Below, in pieces: positions 33,836 to 42,737 of a DNA stretch of 43,789 nt. The position numbers and the translations under genes are program-made. Source of the stretch: a virus (lineage: Duplodnaviria > Caudoviricetes); IMG/VR virus record IMGVR_UViG_3300023107_000067, positions 1-43,789 of that record; one strand, given 5' to 3'. The notes beneath the pieces are model-generated. The model ran no database searches. It saw only the letters and a list, made by a program, of their open reading frames with translations, and was not told the DNA's origin. Position 1 is the stretch's first letter; the number at the start of each line of letters is the position of its first letter.

Positions 33836-34225
33836 ATGAACGTAGCACTGAAACTGGCACAGTTCGAATATGAAAATCGCCTCCCGGTCGTAATTGACGA
33901 CACGGCTGAGCGGGAATGGGTAGCAAACGGAGTTGAGCAATTGCTGATGGGCGCTGACGTCGAGTACGGCGTCACCTACGATCGTTTCGCCGTGGCGGTC
34001 GATGAGTTCGCCATGGATCAGCTTGGCGATGCCGGCGTGAGCCCTTCGGTTCTCGGTCGGCTGATTCTGTTGGCTCGTCGCAAGGCTACAGTGGACGCCG
34101 CCAGTGCCGCCGGTGAGGCCCTGAACTGCGCTGATCCTGATGAGGCGATACGCCAGATCGCCGTCGAGCTGCTGGCGCCGTATGCGAAGGCTGGAGCGCT
34201 TGCGCTTGCCGAGGATGCGCTGTGA
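33836..34225 (+). CDS. Hypothetical early protein
   Basis: AGGAGG RBS, 129 aa. Confidence 0.75.
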   Translation: MNVALKLAQFEYENRLPVVIDDTAEREWVANGVEQLLMGADVEYGVTYDRFAVAVDEFAMDQLGDAGVSPSVLGRLILLARRKATVDAASAAGEALNCADPDEAIRQIAVELLAPYAKAGALALAEDAL

Positions 34226-34440
34226 CGCCGCGTGACATCGCCATCAACCGCATCGAAAGCGAACTCAGCTCCATCCCCGAATCAGCAAAACCAACCGACC
34301 CGGCAGAGCGTGCGTGCATGGCTGCTTTCCTTTCATGCGAACTATCAGTGATCACCACGGCAGAGCGTGATGCTCTCGTAAAGCGTATCCGCGCTGCCGA
34401 GATGATTCGATTCCTCGAACTTTTGAAGGTGGCAGCATGA
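34222..34440 (+). CDS. Hypothetical early protein
   Basis: GTGA overlap, 72 aa. Confidence 0.7.
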   Translation: MTPRDIAINRIESELSSIPESAKPTDPAERACMAAFLSCELSVITTAERDALVKRIRAAEMIRFLELLKVAA

Positions 34441-34616
34441 GCACAGCACCGGTTAAATCTCTGATTGATGAGCAAGTCGAAGAGCTGGAAGCGAGAACCC
34501 CTCCAGCCATCGTGCGCGGCACCTTCTCCCCGCCTCGCGGCATGCGTGTTGCCGATCTGCCCTACCCGATCAAAGCGGACTGGCTCAAGCGCCGGCCGAT
34601 TGCAGGTTGGGCATGA
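34437..34616 (+). CDS. 59-aa hypothetical protein (not in ORF track)
   Basis: MSTAPVKSLIDEQVEELE...; ATGA overlaps at both ends. Confidence 0.65.
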   Translation: MSTAPVKSLIDEQVEELEARTPPAIVRGTFSPPRGMRVADLPYPIKADWLKRRPIAGWA

Positions 34617-34729
34617 CCAGATACCAGCACGCCAAGCGCATCGCATTTTGGCGAGGTTCGGCCATCGCCCTCACCTCCGCAACAATCTGGATGCTCGCCA
34701 GCGCTTACGCCGGGCACGTCACTCAATAG
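34613..34729 (+). CDS. 38-aa membrane peptide (not in ORF track)
   Basis: MTRYQHAKRIAFWRGSAIALTSATIWMLASAYAGHVTQ; ATGA overlap. Confidence 0.6.
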   Translation: MTRYQHAKRIAFWRGSAIALTSATIWMLASAYAGHVTQ

Positions 34730-34738
34730 GAATTCATC

Positions 34739-35248
34739 ATGTCAATCGATCCTCGGGCAAACGCCCCCGAGCGCATTGCTGCGCCCGCACCGCTGCCACA
34801 TGTCAGCCGTCGAGCCCTCAAACGCGTAAAAAACCCAATACCAGCTCCGACTGATTGCCGCTACTGCGGTGACGATGTGAGTCTGGTGCGCAACTCGGAA
34901 ATCTATAACGGTCGCAGCTACGGTGACTGGCCATTCGCCTACCTCTGTCATGGCTGTCGCGCTTATGTTGGCCTGCACCCTGACACTGATATTCCTCTGG
35001 GTACGCTGGCAGATGATGCCTTGCGCGCCGCTCGCAACCACAGCAAGTCGAAGTTTCACGACCACATGAAAACTGTCGGCCTGGGTCGAACTGCCGCCTA
35101 CAGATGGCTGGCTGATCAGATGGGCATCAATGTCGGCTTCTGTCACTTCGGTTGGTTTGAGCCCGAAGCGTGCGCCGAGGTCGTGAAGATCATCGCTTCT
35201 GCAACACCGAGAACCGCAATGGCTCAGGCATTCGCAACGGCCCGCTAG
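34739..35248 (+). CDS. DUF3268-like zinc-finger protein
   Basis: CRYCG..YLCHGCRAYVGLHP.T..PLGTLA...R..AY.WLA..M....CHFGWF. Confidence 0.8.
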   Translation: MSIDPRANAPERIAAPAPLPHVSRRALKRVKNPIPAPTDCRYCGDDVSLVRNSEIYNGRSYGDWPFAYLCHGCRAYVGLHPDTDIPLGTLADDALRAARNHSKSKFHDHMKTVGLGRTAAYRWLADQMGINVGFCHFGWFEPEACAEVVKIIASATPRTAMAQAFATAR

Positions 35249-35306
35249 CCCTCCCCCCCCATTCAATCGCAGCGCCCCGGTAACGGCATGGCGCACGGAG
35301 ACTGTC

Positions 35307-36047
35307 ATGTCTGAGAAAAACCTCAGCATTTGGAGTCAGGTCGAAAAGACCGACACCCGCTACACGAAAGACGCCAAGGTCGGCGGCCAGCAGATCACCA
35401 GCTTGAACGGCACGGCCATGATCATGAAGGCCACCGAAGTGTTCGGCCCGGCCGGCATCGGGTTTGGCTGGTCGGTGCTGGAAGAGCGCTTCGACAAGGG
35501 CGCTGAGATTTTCAGCGGCGAAGGCGACAAGCGCATCAGCCTGGGTCACGAACTGAATCACACGGTAAAGATTCTGTTTTGGATCAAACAGGACGGCCAG
35601 CGCGGCGAGTTCGAGCAGTACGGGTGCACGCCATATCTCTACAAGAGCAAGTACGGCACCACCACCGACGGTGAGGCCCCCAAGAAGTCGCTAACCGACG
35701 CAATCAAGAAGTCCCTGTCAATGCTCGGCTTCAGTGCTGATGTGTTCCTCGGCCTCTTTGAGGACCGCGAATACGTAGAGCAGCGCCGCGACGAGGTGAA
35801 GATTGAGCAGGCGGAGGACCAGGAGGCCGAGAAGCAGCGTCAGCAAGACGAGCGCCTGGAATTCATCAGATCGACGATCGAAACGATGGGTAAGGCTCTC
35901 TCGATTGGCGAGCTGAAGAAGATCCACGACTCGGCAGTCCGCAAGCTCACCCTGCGAAACGACAAGAAAGGCGCGGATCGCATCGCAATTGAGCTGGAAA
36001 AGCAACGCACCCGTATCGCCGGTGAGCCTCAGGAGAAAGCGTCATGA
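35307..36047 (+). CDS. Sak/Rad52-like single-strand annealing protein (putative)
   Basis: ATEVFGPAGIGFGW..A.KKSLTDAIKK..S.LG..AD.F; precedes Gp157 and SSB. Confidence 0.65.
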   Translation: MSEKNLSIWSQVEKTDTRYTKDAKVGGQQITSLNGTAMIMKATEVFGPAGIGFGWSVLEERFDKGAEIFSGEGDKRISLGHELNHTVKILFWIKQDGQRGEFEQYGCTPYLYKSKYGTTTDGEAPKKSLTDAIKKSLSMLGFSADVFLGLFEDREYVEQRRDEVKIEQAEDQEAEKQRQQDERLEFIRSTIETMGKALSIGELKKIHDSAVRKLTLRNDKKGADRIAIELEKQRTRIAGEPQEKAS

Positions 36048-36607
36048 CTCAGCTCTACAAGTTGACCGGGCAGATGGCTGAGCTTGAGGCCATGGCCGAT
36101 TCGGATGATGAAGGTTTGAAGCTGGCACTGCAGGACACCATGGACGCCATCCAGGGTGAATTCGCAGTGAAGGCCGAGAGCATCGTCATGCTGCGTCGAA
36201 ACATCGAGGGCGACGTGAGCGCGATCGACAAGGAGGTCGAGCGCCTGAATGAACTGAAGCGAATAAAGAAGAACAGCATCGGCCAGATCACCGACTACCT
36301 GCGCCGGAATATGCAGGCGGCCAACATCACGTCGATCAAGCGGCCGCTTTTCACCATCACCCTGGCCATTGCGCCAGAAAAGGTCATCGTCGACAACGAA
36401 GACGAGGTGCCGGACGACCTGATGTCCGTGTCCACCTCAATTGCGCCCGACAAGAAGGCCATCGCCGCCCAGCTCAAAGAAATCCGCGACCACAACGCCG
36501 AGGTGCAGAAGCGCATCGACGCCGGCGAGGACGTTGCCTCCGAACTGAAGCCAGAACTGCCGTGGGCTCACCTTGAGCGCGGCGACTCATCCATCCGAAT
36601 CAAGTAA
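36044..36607 (+). CDS. Siphovirus Gp157-family protein
   Basis: LY.L..DT.D.I..K...I..E.ERL..YL...M..PDKKAI..L.....IRIK. Confidence 0.85.
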   Translation: MTQLYKLTGQMAELEAMADSDDEGLKLALQDTMDAIQGEFAVKAESIVMLRRNIEGDVSAIDKEVERLNELKRIKKNSIGQITDYLRRNMQAANITSIKRPLFTITLAIAPEKVIVDNEDEVPDDLMSVSTSIAPDKKAIAAQLKEIRDHNAEVQKRIDAGEDVASELKPELPWAHLERGDSSIRIK

Positions 36608-36616
36608 GGATCAAGA

Positions 36617-37042
36617 ATGCCTATTTCAGATTTTGGCCGCATTGGCCGTGACGCCGAAGTTCGTTTTACGGGAGCTGGTGATGCTGTTTGTAGCGTGCCG
36701 GTGGCCGTGGATTACGGGCGCAAGGGTGCAGACGGCAAGAAGCCAACCCAGTGGTACGAGGTGACGCTGTGGGGAAGGCAGGCCGAGGGGTTAGCGCCGT
36801 TCCTTCTCAAGGGTAAGCAGATCATGTTCACCGGCACCGAACTGCATATCGAGACTTTCACCAAGGGCGACGGCACCCAAGGCATCAAATTGGTCTGCCG
36901 CGCATCTGAGATCAAGTTTGCAAGCGATGGCAGCAGCCAGGCAGCGCACCCACAAGCAAGCGCAGCACGCCAGCCAGCACCAAGACCGCAGCTCGCCCCG
37001 CAAGCAGCGGCGGATGATTCTTTCGACGACGTTCCTTTCTAG
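36617..37042 (+). CDS. ssb: Single-stranded DNA-binding protein
   Basis: GRIGRDAEVRFT..TQW..LWG..AE..LKG; acidic tail DDSFDDVPF. Confidence 0.92.
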   Translation: MPISDFGRIGRDAEVRFTGAGDAVCSVPVAVDYGRKGADGKKPTQWYEVTLWGRQAEGLAPFLLKGKQIMFTGTELHIETFTKGDGTQGIKLVCRASEIKFASDGSSQAAHPQASAARQPAPRPQLAPQAAADDSFDDVPF

Positions 37043-37052
37043 GAGCCTGACC

Positions 37053-37241
37053 ATGACCACCAGCCTCATCGTCCAACAAAACCGCCAGACACACCTTCAC
37101 CATCTGCGTGAAAGCCTGGATCGACTCTACGCAGCTTCTCCTAAATGGATCGGCCAAGACCGTGAACGCGGCGAAAAGACCATCCGCAACCTTGAGCGCC
37201 AAGTTGAAGGGCTCAAGTCACAACTGTTCAGGGTGGCTTAA
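37053..37241 (+). CDS. Hypothetical protein
   Basis: AGGAG RBS; MTTSLIVQQNRQ... Confidence 0.65.
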   Translation: MTTSLIVQQNRQTHLHHLRESLDRLYAASPKWIGQDRERGEKTIRNLERQVEGLKSQLFRVA

Positions 37242-37922
37242 ATGATCAGCCTGGATCTGAGTATGGTTCGGCACAACAGTGCTGCGTCAGCGCGGTTGGC
37301 CGATGCGACGGAAGCATTCTTGCGCCGCGGTGGTGTCATCCATGAACTGAGCATCACCCGTGGCGTGTCCCTACCCTTCAACAACGAAACAATCGCCTAC
37401 GGCTACAAGGCCAGCTCTGCCGAGCACGAACGCAAAGCTCGGGAAGCGCTGGAGCTTGAGCGGAGCACTGCAGATCGGTTGAGGGCCTATGTAGACCTCG
37501 GATTGAAGCGGGCTTCGGCCGATATTGGGATCAGCGCCAAGCGCCTGGGGCATATCGCGGCGGAATACGGGATTGTGTTTGCAGCACACAAGAAGGTCTC
37601 GCAGCTTGATGCGAGGCGCGCTGAAGAGGCTTTGATCGCGCCGGATATCAGGAAGCGTTTTGCTGAGGGGGCAACTCAGCACGACGTGCTCATTGAGTAC
37701 GGCTTCTCTGTGAGTCGGCTGCATCGGATCGCGAAAGACCACTCCATAGCGCTGCCCAAGTCTCTAGCCGAAGAAGAGGATCGCAAGCTGATCCCGCGCA
37801 TCGAGGCCTTCCGAGACCTGGGCATCCCCCGCACTACCTGCTTCAAGCGTATGGGCATCAACCAAAAGAAGCTGTGGCGAATCATTGAAACATACGGCAT
37901 CGACTATCCGGTGCGTTCGTGA
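37242..37922 (+). CDS. Putative transcription factor: SutA-like helix plus three HTH-like repeats
   Basis: LADATEAFLRRGGVIHEL followed by three G.S/N..RL/KL.RI...YGI-type repeats. Confidence 0.7.
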   Translation: MISLDLSMVRHNSAASARLADATEAFLRRGGVIHELSITRGVSLPFNNETIAYGYKASSAEHERKAREALELERSTADRLRAYVDLGLKRASADIGISAKRLGHIAAEYGIVFAAHKKVSQLDARRAEEALIAPDIRKRFAEGATQHDVLIEYGFSVSRLHRIAKDHSIALPKSLAEEEDRKLIPRIEAFRDLGIPRTTCFKRMGINQKKLWRIIETYGIDYPVRS

Positions 37923-37997
37923 TTAGGCGGCTATCAGCGAAGGTCCGACGCAACAGGCGGGCCGAACAATTCCACCTACCTGCGAGCGGGCTAACCA

Positions 37998-38285
37998 ATG
38001 ACCATGTCAGTTATCCATACCATTGGCCCGACCGGGGGCCACACGATGCCGAAGGGGACCAGGCCATCGAAACCGGTGCGCTGGGATGTGTCAGTTTGGC
38101 TGATGCTGCCCAACGGCGAGAAGACGATACACAGCCTGACGGTGCCGAGCGCGCTGATGTTCGACCTGGTGCCACTGGTTAACGAGCGGGTTGAGGCACT
38201 GATTGCTGACGTCGGTGATCTGGTGCGCGGCGCGGGCTGGACGGCACACGGGCGTGGCATTACCAAGAAGCGGAGGAAGCGGTGA
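37998..38285 (+). CDS. Hypothetical protein
   Basis: 95-aa ORF with basic tail; GTGA overlap with the next gene. Confidence 0.6.
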   Translation: MTMSVIHTIGPTGGHTMPKGTRPSKPVRWDVSVWLMLPNGEKTIHSLTVPSALMFDLVPLVNERVEALIADVGDLVRGAGWTAHGRGITKKRRKR

Positions 38286-38617
38286 TGGCGATGGATCAGA
38301 AAGAGCGAGACAAGAAGCGCCGCGAAAAGGAAGCGAAGGCTGGGGCCGAGGACATGCGGCTCAAGGCTTTGAGCGGTGAAAAGAAGATGATTCGCGAACT
38401 GATGGAGTGGGTAGAGGATAGCGAGCAGGCATCGATGATCATGACCTGCATTCGCAGCATGCACTCGCTTGGACCTGAAGGTGCCAGAGAGGCGGTAGAT
38501 CGTCTTAATGCGCGCCACAAAATAGAGCTATCCGATTCTTGGGGCGCACGTTTTGACAATGAATCACGCCGCGAGCTGATGCGCGACCCAGGAGATGAGG
38601 TTATCAGCCCTCGATAA
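38282..38617 (+). CDS. Hypothetical protein with basic N-terminus, possibly DNA-binding
   Basis: QKERDKKRREK..; GGAGG RBS. Confidence 0.7.
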   Translation: MMAMDQKERDKKRREKEAKAGAEDMRLKALSGEKKMIRELMEWVEDSEQASMIMTCIRSMHSLGPEGAREAVDRLNARHKIELSDSWGARFDNESRRELMRDPGDEVISPR

Positions 38618-38816
38618 GTGGTCGCTCTTTGGCGCAGAAGTTGCTCCATTCACCCGCTGCGGCCTGGGCCTGATTCTCAAGCTCCCAGTACTTATCGTAC
38701 GCGCCTTCAGCTTTAAGCTCTGGATCGGCTGCTAAAAACTCCTTTACCGCGTCCAGCTTCTCGCCGAAAACATCTGATAGGCGTCCAGCTTCACGAAAAT
38801 ACGCACTACGTCGCAT
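38604..38816 (-). CDS. Counter-oriented accessory gene
   Basis: AAAGGAG RBS on the minus strand; MRRSAYFREAG..., 70 aa; fills the gap in the + operon. Confidence 0.6.
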   Translation of the reverse strand: MRRSAYFREAGRLSDVFGEKLDAVKEFLAADPELKAEGAYDKYWELENQAQAAAGEWSNFCAKERPLIEG

Positions 38817-38924
38817 ATACAACTCCTTTGATCCGGCTCCATGCCGGTCACCCGTAATACCCCACTTAACTCATCTGCGCCACCTCATCCGGTATCGGAG
38901 AAGTGCGCCTGACTGGAATTCAAT

Positions 38925-39638
38925 ATGAAAGAAGCAGAGCGTAATGCCCTCACCGCGCGCGTGGCCGGGGATCTGGCGCAGCACCAATACACTCAGCTGG
39001 TAAATCAGAACGGCGTCGAGGTCTGGCGCTGCAAAGACCCGAGCACGACCTGCTACGGCTTCGACATCTGCGTCACCCGTTTCGGGATGAGCATGATGGG
39101 TGATATCGGAGCTCTGGTGTTCCACGTAGGCGCTAGCTACGGCATCAACTTCCTGCGCCACCAAAGCGATGGCTACCTGCATGAGAAGTTGGACGGCGAC
39201 TGCAAGCGGCAGGTGATCGACTTCGACAGCATCCGCGACACGGTGTGCGCCTGCATCGTTGGCCGGATAGATGAAGAATTCAGCGCCGACGAAATCCCTG
39301 AATGGATCATTGCCATACCGGATAAGGGCGCCACCCTGGATCAGGCTGAGGAGCTGGTCGAGTGGCTGCGTGAGCGGGCTGCCGCTGATGATGAGCGTCT
39401 TCCATTCAGCGAGCTGGCTGACGTGATTGAGGAGGTTGAGACCTTCGCTGATGGCCGGGATTCGGAGGTGGTGCTCGCCTACGATTTCTTGAGCGAGAAC
39501 GAAGACCTGATCGGCGGCAGCGACCTGTGGGAGACACAGATAAGCAAGCCGTGCCCGAAACTCATGGCGCGCCTGTTCTACGTACGCCACGCCGCCAACG
39601 CCATCATGGCGATCAAAGAAGCCGCCGAGGCAGCATGA
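38925..39638 (+). CDS. Hypothetical phage protein
   Basis: 237 aa, strong codon bias; WRC..P....Y.FDI......GD.G...F. Confidence 0.8.
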   Translation: MKEAERNALTARVAGDLAQHQYTQLVNQNGVEVWRCKDPSTTCYGFDICVTRFGMSMMGDIGALVFHVGASYGINFLRHQSDGYLHEKLDGDCKRQVIDFDSIRDTVCACIVGRIDEEFSADEIPEWIIAIPDKGATLDQAEELVEWLRERAAADDERLPFSELADVIEEVETFADGRDSEVVLAYDFLSENEDLIGGSDLWETQISKPCPKLMARLFYVRHAANAIMAIKEAAEAA

Positions 39639-39793
39639 CCGCCATCCACCGCTCCACCTCAGACAGCCCCATCCCATCGCCATGGTTCACGCACAAAACA
39701 AAATGTGATGTGTGCGGCCTGATGCGAACCGTCGGCAATCACACCGCCTGCTCGAAGAAGCGCCAGGCCATTTATGCAAGGGAATCGAAATGA
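39635..39793 (+). CDS. Small Zn-finger-like protein
   Basis: CDVCG..R..GNH.ACSKKR; ATGA overlaps. Confidence 0.65.
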   Translation: MTAIHRSTSDSPIPSPWFTHKTKCDVCGLMRTVGNHTACSKKRQAIYARESK

Positions 39794-40203
39794 CTCATGA
39801 ACAATGCAAGGCGGCCATATTGGCGCGTGAAGCTGTTCGCGAAGCCGCACATCCAAGCACAGAGCACGAATTGCGCCAACAACTGGCCGACGTGTCGAAT
39901 GAGCGTGATGGGTTGCGAGCCTCCCTGAAAACGATGGTGGTCTACTACAAGAACGCCGTAAGCACTGGCTACGACCGAATTACCCAGCTTGGCGGTGACT
40001 GCGACAGCGTGGCAAGGATGCTGGCCGACAATCCGGACTATGCCCATGCGGTTGGGCTGCTCGCCCAGTCCGCGCCAGCCACAGACGAACAGGTCAGTTG
40101 TCGTGAGTGCATGGGCACCGGGGGGATTGGCCGCCTGGAAACTTGCTCCCACTGCAAAGGCAAGGGCAAGGTTTCTAATGGCACGCAAGGGGCAGGGTCA
40201 TGA
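39790..40203 (+). CDS. Hypothetical protein with coiled coil and DnaJ-type CxxCxGxG repeats
   Basis: CRECMGTG..CSHCKGKG. Confidence 0.7.
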   Translation: MTHEQCKAAILAREAVREAAHPSTEHELRQQLADVSNERDGLRASLKTMVVYYKNAVSTGYDRITQLGGDCDSVARMLADNPDYAHAVGLLAQSAPATDEQVSCRECMGTGGIGRLETCSHCKGKGKVSNGTQGAGS

Positions 40204-40400
40204 AGAAATTCCCAATGGGTCCTTATGGCGTTGAGTTGACAGCTGAGCAGCGCCAAGCCGTACAAGGCGTCATCGACAACTACAACGTATCCAACAACCC
40301 GCAAGAGTCATTTCGTTGCCCGGAGGAGATGCTAAGCGGATTCGTTGACGAAATCCTGATGGCTCTGGACTGCGTAAAAGAACCGAAAGGAGGGTTTTGA
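40200..40400 (+). CDS. Hypothetical protein
   Basis: 66 aa; ATGA overlap. Confidence 0.6.
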   Translation: MKKFPMGPYGVELTAEQRQAVQGVIDNYNVSNNPQESFRCPEEMLSGFVDEILMALDCVKEPKGGF

Positions 40401-40401
40401 G

Positions 40402-41154
40402 ATGACCAACCAACCCAAAACCCCCAGCGCGATGGTGCTGGTATCGCTCGACGACCTCAACACTATCCAGCAATGGTGCAAGGCTCGCGGCTGGAATGGT
40501 GCAGCTAATGGGCTGCTGAACATGATCAATACAGCAGCCCCCGCCGAGCAGACGCCAGCGGTTGGCGGGGAGCTGGAAGTCATAGCGATCATCGAAAGCG
40601 CCCTACGCCGGTCATTCAGTCTGGGGCAGATCTATTGGCAGCAAGCGGACTCCGATTCGACGTGCCAGCAGAACAAATCGGATCAGACCATGGAAACTCA
40701 GGCTCATCACATAGTGATGGTCACGGATTCGGTTAGAAAGCTCTACCAAACTCGGCCTGCCACGGCGAAGGCGGGCGAGCCTTTCCAGGCCCGAGTTCTG
40801 CCGTGGATGCTGGAATGCTTCGGTGCTGCTATATCGGCGGACACGGTTGAAAGAAACCATCGTTTCCTTGAAGAGGCACTGGAGCTGGTACAGGCATGCG
40901 GCGCTACGCAGGGCGAAGCCCACCAGTTGGTTGATTACGTCTACGGCCGCGACACGGGCGAGCCGGTGCAGGAGGTCGGCGGCGTTATGGTTACTTTGGC
41001 GGCCCTCTGCCTTGCGCACAAAATGGATATGCACGAAGCCGGAGAAGTCGAGCTGGGCCGCATCTGGACGAAGGTCAGCCAGATCCGCGCAAAGCAAGCA
41101 GCCAAGCCTGCAATGTCTCCATTGCCCGGATCCTACCCGGACCGAACGCCATGA
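40402..41154 (+). CDS. Mosaic protein with C-terminal MazG-like domain (putative)
   Basis: RFLEEALELVQA..QEVGGVMVTLAALC; EExxE...E pattern. Confidence 0.6.
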   Translation: MTNQPKTPSAMVLVSLDDLNTIQQWCKARGWNGAANGLLNMINTAAPAEQTPAVGGELEVIAIIESALRRSFSLGQIYWQQADSDSTCQQNKSDQTMETQAHHIVMVTDSVRKLYQTRPATAKAGEPFQARVLPWMLECFGAAISADTVERNHRFLEEALELVQACGATQGEAHQLVDYVYGRDTGEPVQEVGGVMVTLAALCLAHKMDMHEAGEVELGRIWTKVSQIRAKQAAKPAMSPLPGSYPDRTP

Positions 41155-41285
41155 CCCACCTAATCCACTTCCCCGCCCAATACGGAGCGCCTGCCCGCTG
41201 GACTGAATGCACAGTCGATCAATGGGGAGTATGGCGCTGCAATGGGATGTACATGCCTGCGCCGAGTATTGATCGAATCCAGTAA
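41151..41285 (+). CDS. 44-aa hypothetical protein (not in ORF track)
   Basis: MTHLIHFPAQYGAPARW...; ATGA overlap, followed by the TAACCCC motif. Confidence 0.45.
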   Translation: MTHLIHFPAQYGAPARWTECTVDQWGVWRCNGMYMPAPSIDRIQ

Positions 41286-41374
41286 CCCCTTCGCGAAAAC
41301 AGTAATTTCTAGCCGTTCTGGCCAAATCCATTAATTGAAGTCAGCCGTAAATGCGGCGTGGCGAGGTATTGCCT

Positions 41375-41848
41375 GTGAATAGCGCAGCAAAGATCTTGGA
41401 CCCGTGTTGCGGTAGCCGCATGTTCTGGTTCGACAAGGCCAATCAGTCCGTACTGTTCGGAGACATCCGCGACGAGGAGCATGTCCTATGTGACGGCCGA
41501 GTGTTGAAGGTTGAGCCGAACGTGATCATGGACTTCCGCTCGCTACCCTTCGACGACGGCACCTTCAAGCTGGTGGTATTCGATCCGCCACACCTGACCC
41601 GCGCCGGGAAAGATAGCTGGATGCGCGCCAAGTACGGAGTGCTGACGGATGACTGGCGCGACGACATTGCCAAGGGGTTCGCCGAGTGCTTTCGCGTGTT
41701 GGCCACCGACGGAATCCTGATCTTCAAATGGGCTGAGGCTCAAGTGCTGGTCAGTGAGCTGCTGGCTCTGACGGATCAAATGCCGCTGTTCGGACACAAG
41801 TCGGGCAAGCGCGAGAAGACGCACTGGATCACCTTCATGAAACGCTAA
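41375..41848 (+). CDS. SAM-dependent (probably DNA amino-) methyltransferase
   Basis: ILDPCCGSRMFW (motif I) and LVVFDPPH (motif IV-like). Confidence 0.85.
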   Translation: MNSAAKILDPCCGSRMFWFDKANQSVLFGDIRDEEHVLCDGRVLKVEPNVIMDFRSLPFDDGTFKLVVFDPPHLTRAGKDSWMRAKYGVLTDDWRDDIAKGFAECFRVLATDGILIFKWAEAQVLVSELLALTDQMPLFGHKSGKREKTHWITFMKR

Positions 41849-41903
41849 CCCTTCCCTTCTTCTATATGCAGCCTGCCGGTGATCGGCGGGCGAGGATGTT
41901 TTC

Positions 41904-42281
41904 ATGCCCGAGATAAAATGCGAGTACGGCCACACACAGAGAATCGGCACGGATGATTGGATAAAGCAGCTTTCGCTGGATCAGCTCCGATACGCCCGCC
42001 AGCAGATGAACGACAAGATAGCAATGGCCGAGCAAGCGCCGCGCCGGACGGTCTGGTGCGTTGATGGCGGGATTACGGTGGATGCCTGGTACAGAGAAGA
42101 TGAATACGAGAAGGCCGCCGACCACTTCCTGAGAATATTCAAAGAGCGATTCATTGAAGAGGCGAAGGCCTTCAAGGGCGGACCTGGATCCATCCATGAC
42201 TTCCGACAGTCGATTCCGAGCCTTGAGCCGACACGCGTGACCCAGCTCGAATACGACACCGAATACTTCCCTGCCAAGTAA
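41904..42281 (+). CDS. Hypothetical protein
   Basis: 125 aa, GAGG RBS. Confidence 0.75.
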   Translation: MPEIKCEYGHTQRIGTDDWIKQLSLDQLRYARQQMNDKIAMAEQAPRRTVWCVDGGITVDAWYREDEYEKAADHFLRIFKERFIEEAKAFKGGPGSIHDFRQSIPSLEPTRVTQLEYDTEYFPAK

Positions 42282-42320
42282 CCCCTTCCGCCGCCCAGCG
42301 CGGCCCGGAGCAGTACGCCT

Positions 42321-42737
42321 ATGGCAAACAACACTGCAGCCCAGGTATCGCAGATCCTGCCCCGGTTCATCCGGGCCGGTGATGCCTACGGCTATCTCGG
42401 CATGTGCCGGGATGAGTTCAATAAGACGGTTCGGCCCTTTGTGCGGGAATTCCCCATTGGAAAACAGGGTGTCGGCTTTGATCGGATAGAGCTTGATCAA
42501 TGGGCTGACGCCTATGTCGAGCGCAAGTCGATTGAAAAGGCAGCCAATCAGGACAACAATCGGCCTCGCAGCGAGCGCCATGTTGAAGCAAAAGGAGCGG
42601 ACGCATGGCCCAAAAAGCAATCACCGGGCTCCAGAAAATGCCGAACGGCATCTGGAAAATCGACAAGAAATACAGAGGAGAACGAATTCAAGAAAGTACT
42701 GGCACTAGTGACCGGGCGGAAGCCGAGCAGTACCTGA
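42321..42737 (+). CDS. Excisionase-like winged-helix protein
   Basis: PRFIR...A..YLGM....F...VRP......G...FDR.ELD.W; directly upstream of int. Confidence 0.7.
   Translation: MANNTAAQVSQILPRFIRAGDAYGYLGMCRDEFNKTVRPFVREFPIGKQGVGFDRIELDQWADAYVERKSIEKAANQDNNRPRSERHVEAKGADAWPKKQSPGSRKCRTASGKSTRNTEENEFKKVLALVTGRKPSST

Noticed and set aside
40612-41331. 239-aa minus-strand ORF
   Set aside because: Mostly antisense to 40402-41154, with no RBS or recognisable motif
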